From Rhizaria sp. SCN 62-66 (Eukaryota), in assembly GCA_001724265.1 (NCBI GenBank), contig MEDY01000328.1:1-33424 (forward strand): a DNA stretch of 33,424 bases. Direction: 5' to 3'. Positions 12,311 through 23,600 of the stretch are shown in pieces. Under the pieces are notes generated by a model. It searched no databases, was not told the origin of the DNA, and saw nothing but the letters and a program-made list of their open reading frames with translations. The position numbers and the translations under genes were made by a program. Every line of letters begins with the position of its first letter. Position 1 is the first letter of the stretch.

Positions 12311-12874
12311 GGACTGGGTCGTTTTGTTCACCGACAAACGAGCATATCATGCGCGATGTATGTGCTGCCAGAAGTCACAAATATAGCGTTTTTAGTATTT
12401 ATGGGCTGTATTGGTTCTGTTGGTAACTTTCTACATTTGCTTCCACGTTATACGGCGAGCAGGGACCTGGATAGCGAACGCTATCTTGCTCTGTGTGTGA
12501 GGCCCTCCGAGCTGTTTTCACAAACACACTATAGCTTCCGTCTCTGCACCTCAGCCGCGCGTCTTGGCCCCGTGTAGAACAAAAGTGCACTCATTATTAA
12601 CGTTTCTGTCGTATATTACGCACTACGATACTTCTGCCACCCACGGATCTGTCATTTTGACCTGTGATTTTGCCTCCTATCCGCCAGCTCACTTCCACTC
12701 CCATGCTCCGACACTGTCCGATCGTCATCCTCCGTCCTTCCTTGCATTTACTCCGCGTAGCCCTTCAACCACATCCACGTTGTACTTTCAGACACCAGCC
12801 AAGTGACGTCTAGCCCTCTCTCTGCGTCACCGTCGCCTCCCCCGCTCGCTCAGCGCTAAGGTCGTGTTTGAGCC

Positions 12875-14224
12875 ATGCCCGCCCCCAGCAGCGCCGCCGC
12901 CACGCCCGCGCCCGCGCCGACGGCCGCGGAGCTGACGGACCGCTACTCGACCGTTGCCTCGACGCTCGCGTACTGGGCCGACGCCTACAAGCTCACTCCC
13001 GGGCACGTCAACTTCTACAAACAACCCGCGATCGAGCTGTTTGAGCAGCACGAGCAGGCCCTCTTCGACGACCTCGACCTCCCCGAGTCCTGTTCCTCTT
13101 CACAGCAACAGGGCACGAATGCCGCAAACAGTGACGGTTCGCCCCCGCGAGCCCTCGTCGCAGCGCTGCAGGCCTTTGAGGCCGTGCACTTCGCCAAGCT
13201 CGAGTACATGATCGTCAAGCCTGTCGGCAAGGGCGCGTTCGGCCGCGTCTTTAAGGGCATCCGCCTCTCTGACAACGCCGACGTGGCGCTCAAGGTCATC
13301 GACCTCGAGGAAGCCAAGGAGGACGTGCAGACCATCGCGCAGGAGATCCGCGCCCTGGCCTCCTCCTCCGGCTGCCCGCAGCTCATCTGCTATTACTCGA
13401 GCTTCGTCACTGGCACCTTGCTGTGGATTGCGATGGAGTACCTCGACGGCGGCTCCGTCCTCGACTGCGTCAAAATCAAGCCGCTGCGCGAGCCGGCCGT
13501 GGCGGTGATCTGCCGCGAAGTCCTGCGCGGCCTCGAGTACCTCTCGCTCGAGGGCAAGATCCACCGCGACATCAAGGCCGCCAACGTGCTGCTGTCTTCG
13601 CAGGGCCACGTCAAGCTGGCCGACTTCGGCGCCTCTGGCCAGCTCACCGACACCATGACCAAGTGCAACACATTCGTGGGCTCGCCCTACTGGATGGCGC
13701 CCGAAGTGATGACTCAGTCGCGCTATGACGGCAAGGCCGACATCTGGTCCCTGGGCATCACCGTGCTCGAAATGCTCAACGGCAAGCCGCCGATGCACGA
13801 CGTGCCTCCGCTGCGCGCCATCCGCCTCATCCCCAAGAACCCGTCGCCTCGCGTCCCGCAGGGCATCTACACGGCCGACGCGACCGACTTCGTCAACGCG
13901 TGCCTCGTCAAGGACCCCGCGCAGCGGCCGACGCTTGCGGAGTTGCTGCGCTTTCCGTTCGTCGCCAACGCCAAGCCCATCGAGGAGCTCCCCGCGCTGC
14001 TCGCCCGCAGCAGCAGCAGTGGCTCGGGATCCTCTGGGTCCAAGGCCAGGGCTGCCGCTAAGGCCGCCGCTGCTGCCGCTGCGCCCGCCGTTGCTGCTGC
14101 TGCTGCGCCCGCCGTTGCTGCTGCTGCTGCTGCTTCTGAGGCCAGCGCCAGCGCCAGTGGCGATGCGGCAGCGGCGGCGGCGGCGGCCGGCAAGAAGGGG
14201 GCTGAGCTGGCTCCCGAGGCCTAA
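12875..14224 (+). CDS. STE20-family (GCK, MST3/STK24-like) Ser/Thr protein kinase, 449 aa, single coding exon
   Basis: GKGAFG, VALKVIDLE, IHRDIKAANVLL, VKLADFG, TFVGSPYWMAPEV, DIWSLGIT. Ends in TAA. Confidence 0.95.
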   Translation: MPAPSSAAATPAPAPTAAELTDRYSTVASTLAYWADAYKLTPGHVNFYKQPAIELFEQHEQALFDDLDLPESCSSSQQQGTNAANSDGSPPRALVAALQAFEAVHFAKLEYMIVKPVGKGAFGRVFKGIRLSDNADVALKVIDLEEAKEDVQTIAQEIRALASSSGCPQLICYYSSFVTGTLLWIAMEYLDGGSVLDCVKIKPLREPAVAVICREVLRGLEYLSLEGKIHRDIKAANVLLSSQGHVKLADFGASGQLTDTMTKCNTFVGSPYWMAPEVMTQSRYDGKADIWSLGITVLEMLNGKPPMHDVPPLRAIRLIPKNPSPRVPQGIYTADATDFVNACLVKDPAQRPTLAELLRFPFVANAKPIEELPALLARSSSSGSGSSGSKARAAAKAAAAAAAPAVAAAAAPAVAAAAAASEASASASGDAAAAAAAAGKKGAELAPEA

Positions 14225-16357
14225 GGCAGTTCACGGCTGTTGCAGTCGCGGTCTGCGAGTCCTGGTTAGCTGGCTGACCAGTGGTCCAGTAATGTGTAAG
14301 TATGGACGTGCGCTTAATGCGAAGGTGTTTTGTTGAGTGCCTGTATTTGTTGCGGTATGCTATGTGCAAGTCGTGTTGATGATGTGTTTTCTGACTTGTG
14401 TACTCCGTAGTATGGGTTCTTGCTGCTGTCTTTACTCACGCGTGAACTTGGACTATGGGAGTACGCACTTCACGTTGACACTGACGGTTTCATCAACATT
14501 TACATGCACACGCCCAATTCTAAGTTGTTTCGCGTTCGTCCACAGTCACTTGTTGACTGCTCACGATGCTATGCAGCTCTAGGAATGCTCACGGCTCCTC
14601 GATAGCAATCGATCAATCTTATATTGCTTTTCTGCTCATGCCAAATGTTAATAGGAACTACTTTAAGTAGTCTTGAAATAATAATATCGACACTTGTTAT
14701 TGTTTTGTTTTCTCACATGTATTTCAGTGTCTTTCGTAACCTTCGTGTCTTCGAAACCAGTGTATCTTTTATATATTTGTCATTTATTTCATCTTTGCTT
14801 TTTCTTGTCTTGTCTATCTCCGTCTTGCAACTTTATTTGCAACGTTGCCTCTTTTTCGTCGTTTGTTTGGTGTGCTTTATTTTGCAGACATGCTACTTTT
14901 ATCTGCTTCAGCTCCTTTACCATGTCCATCGCAGTCTCTCTCTTCTCTCTCTGAACAACTCTGTCACTGTCCTTGTCTCGACATCTCACAGCGTCACTGC
15001 TACTGTCACCGTTTTTCTGTCTGCCGCTGTTGCCGCCATGTCTACAGTCACACTATCTCTCTATCTTTCCTCTTGTTCACGTTGGTTTCTGTTCGTTTTG
15101 CTCTGCATTTTGTTTCATTTTGTTGATGCTGTGCTGTTAAGTTTGCTGTCACTCAATTATTAGCGTTTTCGTAACCATACCCCCCTTTATAGTCTTTAAC
15201 AAACAATCAATAACCAGTAATACAATTATATCATTCAAAATAAGACTTACTCCGTTCACAGAAACGAAACTTGAATCAGGCCACACTTGTGGCGACCGGC
15301 CATCTCGCGCTGCCGGCAGTGCACCAGCAGGTACGGGATGAACAGGGCCCGGGGTGCGATCAACAAAACCAACGGCATAATCACGGCGATGCAATAGAAA
15401 AGCGGTGCCGCCAAGAATAACTCAGTTACGCGCCACATGTGCGAACGCCGAGCGAAGTGGACCTCAGGGGTTAGGTGCTGAAGAGGGACTAACTCTCAAG
15501 TATTCCTTCGTCTTTCTTCAACGAGGTGGTAAACCTTTGTAAAAGCACCACAATGTGCTCACAAAACATCTTCTGCACTTTTATTAGCAACGCTATCATA
15601 TCTTTGCTTTGTTTGCAAGATCGATCACACTCTAACTGTTAGGTCGCTTTCGGTTACAGTCGTCGAGGTCAACAACTTCAAAGCGTGAACTTACGTAGCT
15701 GCGCACGCTGCTGGTGAATATGGACATCATTGCATCGGTGGCATCTACAGGCCAGTTGCAGAACATCAGATGGGTCTGCAGTGCAACCGGGTGAGCAAGA
15801 GCAACTCTTCGCCGCTGTTCAGTGGGCTGAGGGATAATGGTGAGGATAGTAAAACAATCAGTGTTGCCTAAAATAGATAGAATGTGTATGGCAATACGTA
15901 AATTACACAATGTCGTTTTGTTTTCATGTTAGTATTTTGTAACAAAGTTATGATTTTGTTTTTCTCAATAGAATCGTTCGTTTTTGTTCGCTTGATTGAT
16001 TGTTGTCGCAAGGAGGAATAACTTCAGCCCATCTTATCGTGTTGTTGTTGATAAGTTGACTCTACAGTTCCGTTGTGTGCGGCGGGTTGGATCAAACAAA
16101 CTTAATTCGGAGCAAATACACACTTACACGCACATTTGCACTTGCGATGCTGCTCTCAGCGATGCTGCTCTCATTGCGTTTGCCAGGACCGTACAACCCA
16201 AATCCTTGACACGCTAAGAGAGTGCGCACTGGGTGCGAGTGCTCGTGTTCACGCGTTCATGCATCTGTCGTTGATGATTTCCCTCGCTATCGCGTACACT
16301 CCTTCAGCTGGACGCCTTTGTACGCCTATCGCGTGTCTGCTTGTGGCATTTACGCGT

Positions 16358-16927
16358 TTACGCGTCGGCAGCCTTGACGGCGGCGACCGCGGGGGCGGCA
16401 CCGCCGGCGACACGGAGCGCGTTGGCCTCCTCGAGCTCGGCAATGCGCTTCTCGGCGCCCTGGATGCGCGCGATGAGGACCGAGACGTCGCCGTGCGCGG
16501 CCGACACGCGGGCCTTAACGTCGGCCGTAGAGGACCAGACGTCCTGGCGCAGACGGATGTAGCCGAACACGGCCGTGACGGCGACGCCGGCAGCAAAGGC
16601 CGACATGCGGGAGCGCCAAGAGCCGGGGGCCTTGTCTGCAACGGCGGCCTTCTCGGCGGCCGAAGGCGCGGCGGGGGTGGGGGCCGCGGTGGGCTTGGAG
16701 AAGAAGCCGGGGGCGGAGGAGCCGGTGACGGTGACGTTCTTCTCGGCCAGGCGTGCGGGGGACGCGCGCAGCAAACGGACTACGCGGGGGATGGGGATAG
16801 TGGGCACAGCACATAATAATGACATGGTGTGAGCACGGGAATGCAAGAGGAGAGATGAGAGAGAGAGAGGCGTAGTGCTTTGAGTGAGGCGTGAAATGAG
16901 AAAATAAGAGAAAGGGAACGTACACAT
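16358..16927 (-). CDS. Small putative mitochondrial single-pass membrane/coiled-coil protein; exons 16927-16924 and 16779-16358; 141 aa
   Basis: ATG T|GTACGT...CGTAG|TC CGT gives MFRLLRASPARLAEK (presequence-like). TM segment AFAAGVAVTAVFGYI followed by coiled-coil-like IQGAEKRIAELE. Strong C/G third-position codon bias in exon 2. Ends in TAA. Confidence 0.7.
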   Translation of the reverse strand: MCTFPFSYFLISRLTQSTTPLSLSSLLLHSRAHTMSLLCAVPTIPIPRVVRLLRASPARLAEKNVTVTGSSAPGFFSKPTAAPTPAAPSAAEKAAVADKAPGSWRSRMSAFAAGVAVTAVFGYIRLRQDVWSSTADVKARVSAAHGDVSVLIARIQGAEKRIAELEEANALRVAGGAAPAVAAVKAADA

Positions 16928-17274
16928 GTGCAGCTTGGTCTGAAATGGGCAGGGGCATTTGGGGATGGAGCAAGGAGTAGATGGGGCGTAAAGTAAAAGA
17001 TGTGATGTGAGCGTGGAATGCGGTGTGGGGATAGGGTAGAATCGGGAAAGGCAGAAGTCTCAAACAGGCGTGCAATGTTGAGAGAGCGGTGTGTCGTCGC
17101 GCGCGGGCAAAGTCCAGCACTTGCTGCCGATCGTGGACAACAAAATAATAAGATCCCCAAATAATTCCGTCATTATTCAATTCAACAATTTAACTGCACT
17201 ACTAATTGGCGATGTTAAGCTCGAGAACGACACTCTGCAAACACTCGAACTCACCTCGACCGTGAGCGTCTCTT

Positions 17275-17380
17275 GCTGGTTGACCGACCGAGTCTTGGCC
17301 AACTGACTGACCAACAGCAAGCTCGGTCAGTCGGCCGGAAAAGGTAAGCCGGCGAAGTTGACTGAGACGAGCCAACGGTT
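17275..17380. promoter_or_regulatory. Putative element in the divergent mitochondrial-protein/MYCBPAP-RCC1 promoter region
   Basis: CGGCGAAGTTGA (17350-17361) is the exact reverse complement of 12224-12235; GACC/GACT tetramer runs at 17280-17312. Confidence 0.35.
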
Positions 17381-17672
17381 TCTCGTCGAGAAGTGAATAT
17401 TGAGTGCCAACGGGGTCAGATTTGCACTAGGGAGGCTGTGCTTAAATTATTATATTAAATATTGTTAAATAACATATATATTGCGACTTGATGTGTATCA
17501 ACGGATCATAGACTAACTTTATAGATCGTTTCTTGCCACCCTTCAGACAAACAAAGGCACTTGCCCCATCGCTTCCCGCGCTTCCCCTTGCTCCTCGCCG
17601 TGTACCCCGCTCGGTCTGAGCTTTCCACCGCGCCTTTGCCAGCCCCCGGCGGCTCTTTTACGCTCCGCCTCG

Positions 17673-20600
17673 ATGTCTGACACACGTGGCCTGGTCCTCC
17701 CGGCCATCGCGAAGCCCGGTGCAGACCCCGTCTCGGCGCTCGCTTCCCCGCCCTCCTCGGCCGCCCACGGCTCCAACAGCTCCAACGGCGCCTCCACGGC
17801 TGCGGGCGGCGTGCGCGTGTTCAAGCCTGTGCTCGTCCGCCGCAAGGTCAGCTCTGACAGCGCCCCTGAGCTGCAGCAGCTCGGTTTCTCCGTACCCGCC
17901 CCAGCGGTTCTGCCAGAGCTGCCGTCGCGCCCCACTTCGGCCGCCATCGCCCCACTGTCCCCGGCCGCCGCCGCGCACGGCCACGCAGCCGCTGCAAACG
18001 CCAGCGCGGCGGCGGCCCCGACCGTCTCGGCCGCCTTCACTGCCGCCGCCGCCGTAACGCCCGCTGGCCGCCACTCTGCCTTCGCTGCCCAGCACCACAC
18101 TCGAATCCCCTCCGCCTCGCACCACGCCGCCGCCCCGGCCTCTGCCGCCGCCTCCGGCGCGCAGGCGGGCCCGGTGGCGGGCGGTAAGACGCTGCTCGTC
18201 GCCCGCCGCGTTCCTCTGCCCTCCGCCGGCAACAACACCACCGCCAATACAAGCGCCCGCGGTAACTCTGCAGCTGCTGCTGCTGCTGCTGCTCGTAACG
18301 GCAGTGCCAGTGCAGGTTTGCCGTCCGCGGTGCCCGGCGCCGCGTCGACTCTTGCGCTGGCCTCCGCCGCGCTGGCCGACGACCCCGACGCCCCGGCTTC
18401 AGCGCTCGCGCTGACCTTAGAGCCCGAGTCTCTGGCCACAGACGCGGCCAGCTCCCACACTGCTGCTGCTGATGTGGGTGGTGCTTCAGTGGGCCCGCGG
18501 CTCGGTGCCGACGGCCGCGTCGTCTCCGCGGACGTCGTCGGCGACCCCGCGGCCGTGGATGCCCTCCGCTCCGCCCTCGCAGCGCTGGCCGCCGAGCGGG
18601 CCGCTCTGTCGCATCTGCTCCAGCCCAGCTCGAGCGGCAACAGCAACAGCGGCGGCAGTGGCAGTTCGCGGAATAGCCACGCACGGTGGGCCGACGGCAA
18701 TGGCAACAACAGCAACGATGACGGCCACGGTTATGACGGCTACGACGACAACAACAACGACGACGACTACGATGACGACGACTATGACGATAGCAACTCT
18801 GCCGCCCGCTTCCAGGCCGCGCAGGACGCTTACTAGGCCGCCGCCATGGGCTCTGCGGCCGCCGCCGCCACGGGCAGTGCGAGGGGATCCAAGGCCGCCC
18901 GCGTGCGCGCCCGCTGGGCCCAGCACCAGGCCGCATGGGGCGCCGTCGACCTCGCGTCCCGCACGTCCCGCATGGTCACCACCGGCAACGCCGCCGCGGC
19001 GCAGCGCTCCGCCGGCGGCAAGTCGCGGTCCACTGCGCGGGTGACCGGCGCTAGCGCTGGCGCTGGTGCTAGAGCGCTGCCGAGTGCGACCGCGGCGGCC
19101 CCGTCCCTGCTGCAGTCGTCGTCCCGTGCCCGCGCCGCCGCCGAAGTGTCCCGCCTTCGCGATCGCGCCGCTTCGCTCCGCGCGGCCGACGGGCCGACGA
19201 CGTGGGAGACAACGCTGCGCGGGCACCAAGACGCACTGGTCCCGGTCGGCGGGGCCCGCTCGGGGCTCTACTGCAAGATCCCCGTCCGCTGCCCCGCGCG
19301 CGTCGAGGTCGTCCGCAGCGCGCTGCCGGGCGCCAACGGCGACAACAACGCGTTATCCTTAAATGACAACGGCAACGACGATGATGAGGACGGCGACGAT
19401 GGAGAGAATGCCGATGGCGCTGTGGTTGCGCTGTCCAAGGACGCCGCGGGCGGAGACGCCGCCGCCCGCGCCGCCGCGGCCGCCTGGGCCGGTGTAAACT
19501 TGAACCCGCGCGCAGACTGGATGGCTGTGGCCGCTGTGCCACTGCGGCTCTACGCCGCGGCCCACGCCGACCTCACCTCCGCGACGCCGCACCTGGCCGC
19601 CGCGGCGAACAAGAAGGCCCGCATCGCTGCGAAGCAGGCCGAGGCCGCCGCGCAACGGGAAGCCGAGGCCTCCTCATCCTCCTCCTCCGCCGCCGCTGCC
19701 GCCGCTGCTGACGCTAACGTCGACGCTGATGTTGACGCGAGTGGAAACAGCAAGGGCTCCAGCAGCGCCGCCCAGTCCGGCCCCGCGGCCGTCGCCGTCA
19801 CTCCCTCCGTGGTCCTGGGCGCTGAGTCCGCCGCTGCCGCCGCAGGCGCCGTGGGCGCGGGGGATGCGCGCGCCGCGCTGCAGGGACGCGTGCCCGCAGG
19901 CACTATGGTGCGTGAGGCGGGCGTGCTTGCGCTGCGCAACACCGGCGACACAGCGCTGCGCTACACGTGGGACCTCACTCTCGACCACGGCACGAGCAGC
20001 ACTCACAGCGCGATCGCAGGCGCCGAGGGCGATGTCAGCGCGGTCGGCGCGACCCCGTTCCCCCTGCCGCCTGCCCGCGAGCCCGCGTACGCGTACAGCA
20101 ACAGCACTGCAGCAACCGCGAGCTCTGGCTCTGGCTCCTCCGGCTCCGTTGGCGCTGACATGGTCTACTGCGAAGGCTACGACGCCGCCGCGCTCCGCAG
20201 CGCTTCCGAGCTCGCTGCCCCGGTCCCCGCGCTCACCCTGTCCCTGCCCTGCCCTTCCGGCATTGCACTGCCAGGACACCTCGCCACCGCGCGCCTCCTT
20301 CTCGCGCGCGGTGGCTTACCTTCCGGCGCCCGCGGCCTAGCTTCCGCGCTGGTTCCCCCGACCGGCTCAGTGCACCACGCACGCGCCGTCCTCACTACTG
20401 TGCCCCCGCTTCCTCAGACAAGCTCCGACTCGAGCTCCAGCCCAGTGGCCGTGTCGGTGACCGTGCTGACGCCCTCGGCGGACGCCTGGGCTCCCGCGCG
20501 GTCCGCGCTGTCGGCCGCACTCGCTGCCCGCGCGCCCGTGTTGGCCGCCGCGGACACGGTGGCTCAGCTGGTGTGCGCGATGCCGCCCTCTGGGGTTGCT

Positions 20601-23600
20601 GAAGAGGACGAGCGGTACGAGTTCAGTCTCCGCAATAACAACTACAAGCACACTGGATACAGTCAGAGCAATAGTAGTGTAGAGCAGGAGCAGGAGCAGT
20701 TGTTCAAGAGTAAGTATATGTGGCAGCCCGCCCCTTGGTCCTCGCTGCCTTTCCCAGCCACCATCAGCTCCGGCTCTAGCTCTGATGGCAAAAGTGCTAC
20801 TGTCAAGAACCAGAGCCAAAACGATGAAGGCAACGACGCCGCTGCTGAGTCTGACGAATTTGACGACGACGATGATGATTACGAGGGTGTTGACGAGTCC
20901 AAGCGCCTCTACTTCCACGCCTCTCTGCAGCCTCAGTGGCACGCGCTGGCGGCTGACGTCATCGCCGCCCACCCGGCCTCGCTCCGACCGCAGCTGCGGT
21001 GGGACCTCACGGCCGCCTGGCTGCGCGGCGCCATCGCCTCCCTGCCGGCCCGCTCCCGGCCGCTGCTGCCGCGCCTGCGCGCGCGCTGGATCCGCCTCGT
21101 GGTTCAGGCGCAGCAGCCGCCCGCGCCGCACCCAGCGAGCTGCGCCGCACTTAAGGCCTTGCTCGCCGCCGCCACGGCACACACGCCGCGGCTGGCCCAC
21201 GCCGCCGCGCTGGCGCTGCCGCTGCCCGCCGAGCCCGCTGCCGCGGCCGCCGCGCGCGCTGCCTTAGCCGCCGCCGCTGCGGCCGCGGCCAAGCCCGCCG
21301 CGATGCGCGGGCGCCCCGGCGCCAACGCAGTCTCCGCCGCCGACGCCGCGGCGCTCGAGGCTTATGAGGCCCAGTGCGCCGTGGTTCGCGCGCGCCGCTC
21401 CGCGCTGCTGACGACGCTGCTCGCACAACACCTCGGCGCCGCGATTGCCGCGTGGGACGCCGTCGCCGCCCCCGCGCGCGCGCTGGCGGCCGAGGACCCG
21501 GCCGGCAAGGTTGAGCTGGAGGAGCTGGTCGCCGCGCAGCGCAGCGCCGCTGCCGCCGAGGCCGCCACGGCGGGCCGCCTGGTTTACTTCGGTGACGGCA
21601 CCTCGGCGCCGGACCCGGGCCCGCGGGCCGAGACGCGCGCGCAGCAGCAGGCGCGTGAGCTGGCTGAGCGCCGCCGCCCTCGCGCGTTCCAGACGCCCGC
21701 GCAGAAGGCCGAGGCGGCGCGCGCGGCGGCGCTGCTGGCCGCAGACCCGCTGCACGGCGCCGCCGCGACGGCCGTGGCGTTGGGCCCCGCAGGCGCGCTC
21801 GTAGCCACCGAGGGCCGCGCCGTGGCCGCCTGGCGCGCGCGTGCATTCGACGTCGCGCTGGCCGCCGCGGGCGGGGACAAGCGCGCGCGCGGCGCGCAGC
21901 AACGCGGCGGCGCCGCCATCGCCGCTGCCGCAGCCGCTGCAGCCGCCGCCGCCGCCGCTGCCGCTGCTGCGTCCAGCGCGACCGCCAACGCGCCTCCGAA
22001 TATGGGCGCCTCGAGCGACACTGAGGGCGGCCCCGGCATGGCGTCCGCGAACAGCTCGTTCAACGCCAGCAGCGCGGCACTGCCAAACTCTGGCTCCAGC
22101 GCCGCCAGCCCCGTCGCCACCAGCGGCGGCAACGGCGGCGGTGGCAGCGGCGGCGCTGCTGCGGCCGGGTCGGCGACCCCTACGGGCCCGACCTCCGCAG
22201 CGGCGGCCGCGGCCGCCGTGGCCGCGGCCGTGGCCGCGGCCGCGACGTCCGGCGCGGACGTGCCGGGCCACCCCGGTCTGCGGGACCGGCGTACCGTGCC
22301 CGAGCTGGCGGGGCTGTCGGTGCGCCAGCTCGTCTCCACGGGCGACGCTGCGGGCCTCGTGGTGACGACCGACGGCGCGCTGTACAGCTGGGGGCCTACT
22401 ACGGCCGCCACGCAGGCCGCCGCCGCGGCGTCGCCGGTGCTGACCCGGGCGCTTCAGCAGCTCTCCGGCACCAACATCGCCAGCTCCAGCTCCAGCTTCG
22501 GCTCGAACGCGAGTGTCAGTACAAGCAATGTTCCTAGCGGCTCTGTCGTCGCGCCCACCGAGCCGCTGCTGCGGCCGGTGGACGCGGCGCTCTCAGCCGC
22601 GCGCGTCAAGGCCGTCGCCGCGACGCTGGATCCCGCGCCTGGCCAAACGGCCTTCTTCGCCGTCACTGAAGCGGGCGCGCTCTACGCCTGGGGCGACGCG
22701 GCATCCCCGAAGCTCTCGCTGCTGGCGCTGCCTCAGCGCGGCGCCAACGTGGCCACGGCGCCCACCCCCGTGCTCGTGCCCGGCTTCGCCCTGCGCGGTA
22801 TCAAGATCGCCGCCGTGGCCGCGGGCGCGCAGCACGTGCTGGCCCTCACCACCACGGGCGCCGTCTACGCGTGGGGCAGCAACGACGCCGGGCAGCTCGG
22901 CCTGGGCGACAAGCGGCCCCGCATGCTACCGACGCTTGTCGAGGCGCTCTCGCGCCCCGGGTCGAGCAACGACCTGGCCAGCGACAAGCTTGACGACGAC
23001 GGCAAGGTTGTGCTGGCTGACTCGACCGCCGAGGGCGCCGTCGCAGGCCCGCGCGGCCGCCGCACAGCCCATAACAGCACCAGCGGCTCTGGCGGCTCTA
23101 GCAGCATTGGGAGTGGCAGCGGCAACGGCAACGGCGGGTCGGTCTCCCCGTCGCCGTCTCCCATAGGCCCTACACTGGGCGTCCCCGGATCTGCTGAGGG
23201 CGGCGGGCCGCTGCCGCTGACGCGCGTGCGCAGCACGAGCCGCTCCAACACCGGCGGGAGCAACATTACCAACAGCAGCAACGCCGGTGACGCCGATGCT
23301 GCGGCCTCGTTCGACCCCATTGTCGCCATCGACTGCGGCCTCAGCTTCTCCCTCGCCGTCACGGCCTCCGGCGCCGTGTACTGCTGGGGCGAGGGCCGCG
23401 ACGGCGCGCTCGGCCACGGCGACACCAAGGACTGCGACCGACCCCGCCGCCTCGACGCCTTCCCCCCTGCCGCCAGCCTCGGCTTCAACAATACGGCGGC
23501 AGCGTTCGGCAGCGTGCATCTGGCCGAGGACAGCATCCCCTCCAGCCGCTCCGCCACGGCCACGGGCCAGCGCCGCCCTCCTTCGCAGCATCGCCGCACC

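Noticed and set aside
14624-15163. 179-aa hydrophobic plus-strand ORF resembling a membrane protein
   Set aside because: No ATG start at the ORF boundary, T-rich composition, and none of the genome's codon bias; probably the antisense shadow of an A/G-rich tract.
15632-15634. TAG ending ORF 15632-15910 as another recoded site
   Set aside because: It lies downstream of a GTAAGT donor (likely intronic), TGA follows 12 codons later, and there is no homology to judge by.
17368-17420. Repeated CCAACGG (Myb/MSA-like) sites
   Set aside because: Too short to distinguish from chance without genome-wide statistics.
18834-18836. Pyrrolysine or selenocysteine insertion as the explanation
   Set aside because: Sec uses UGA; Pyl is not established in eukaryotes, and both TAG sites are in non-catalytic positions.
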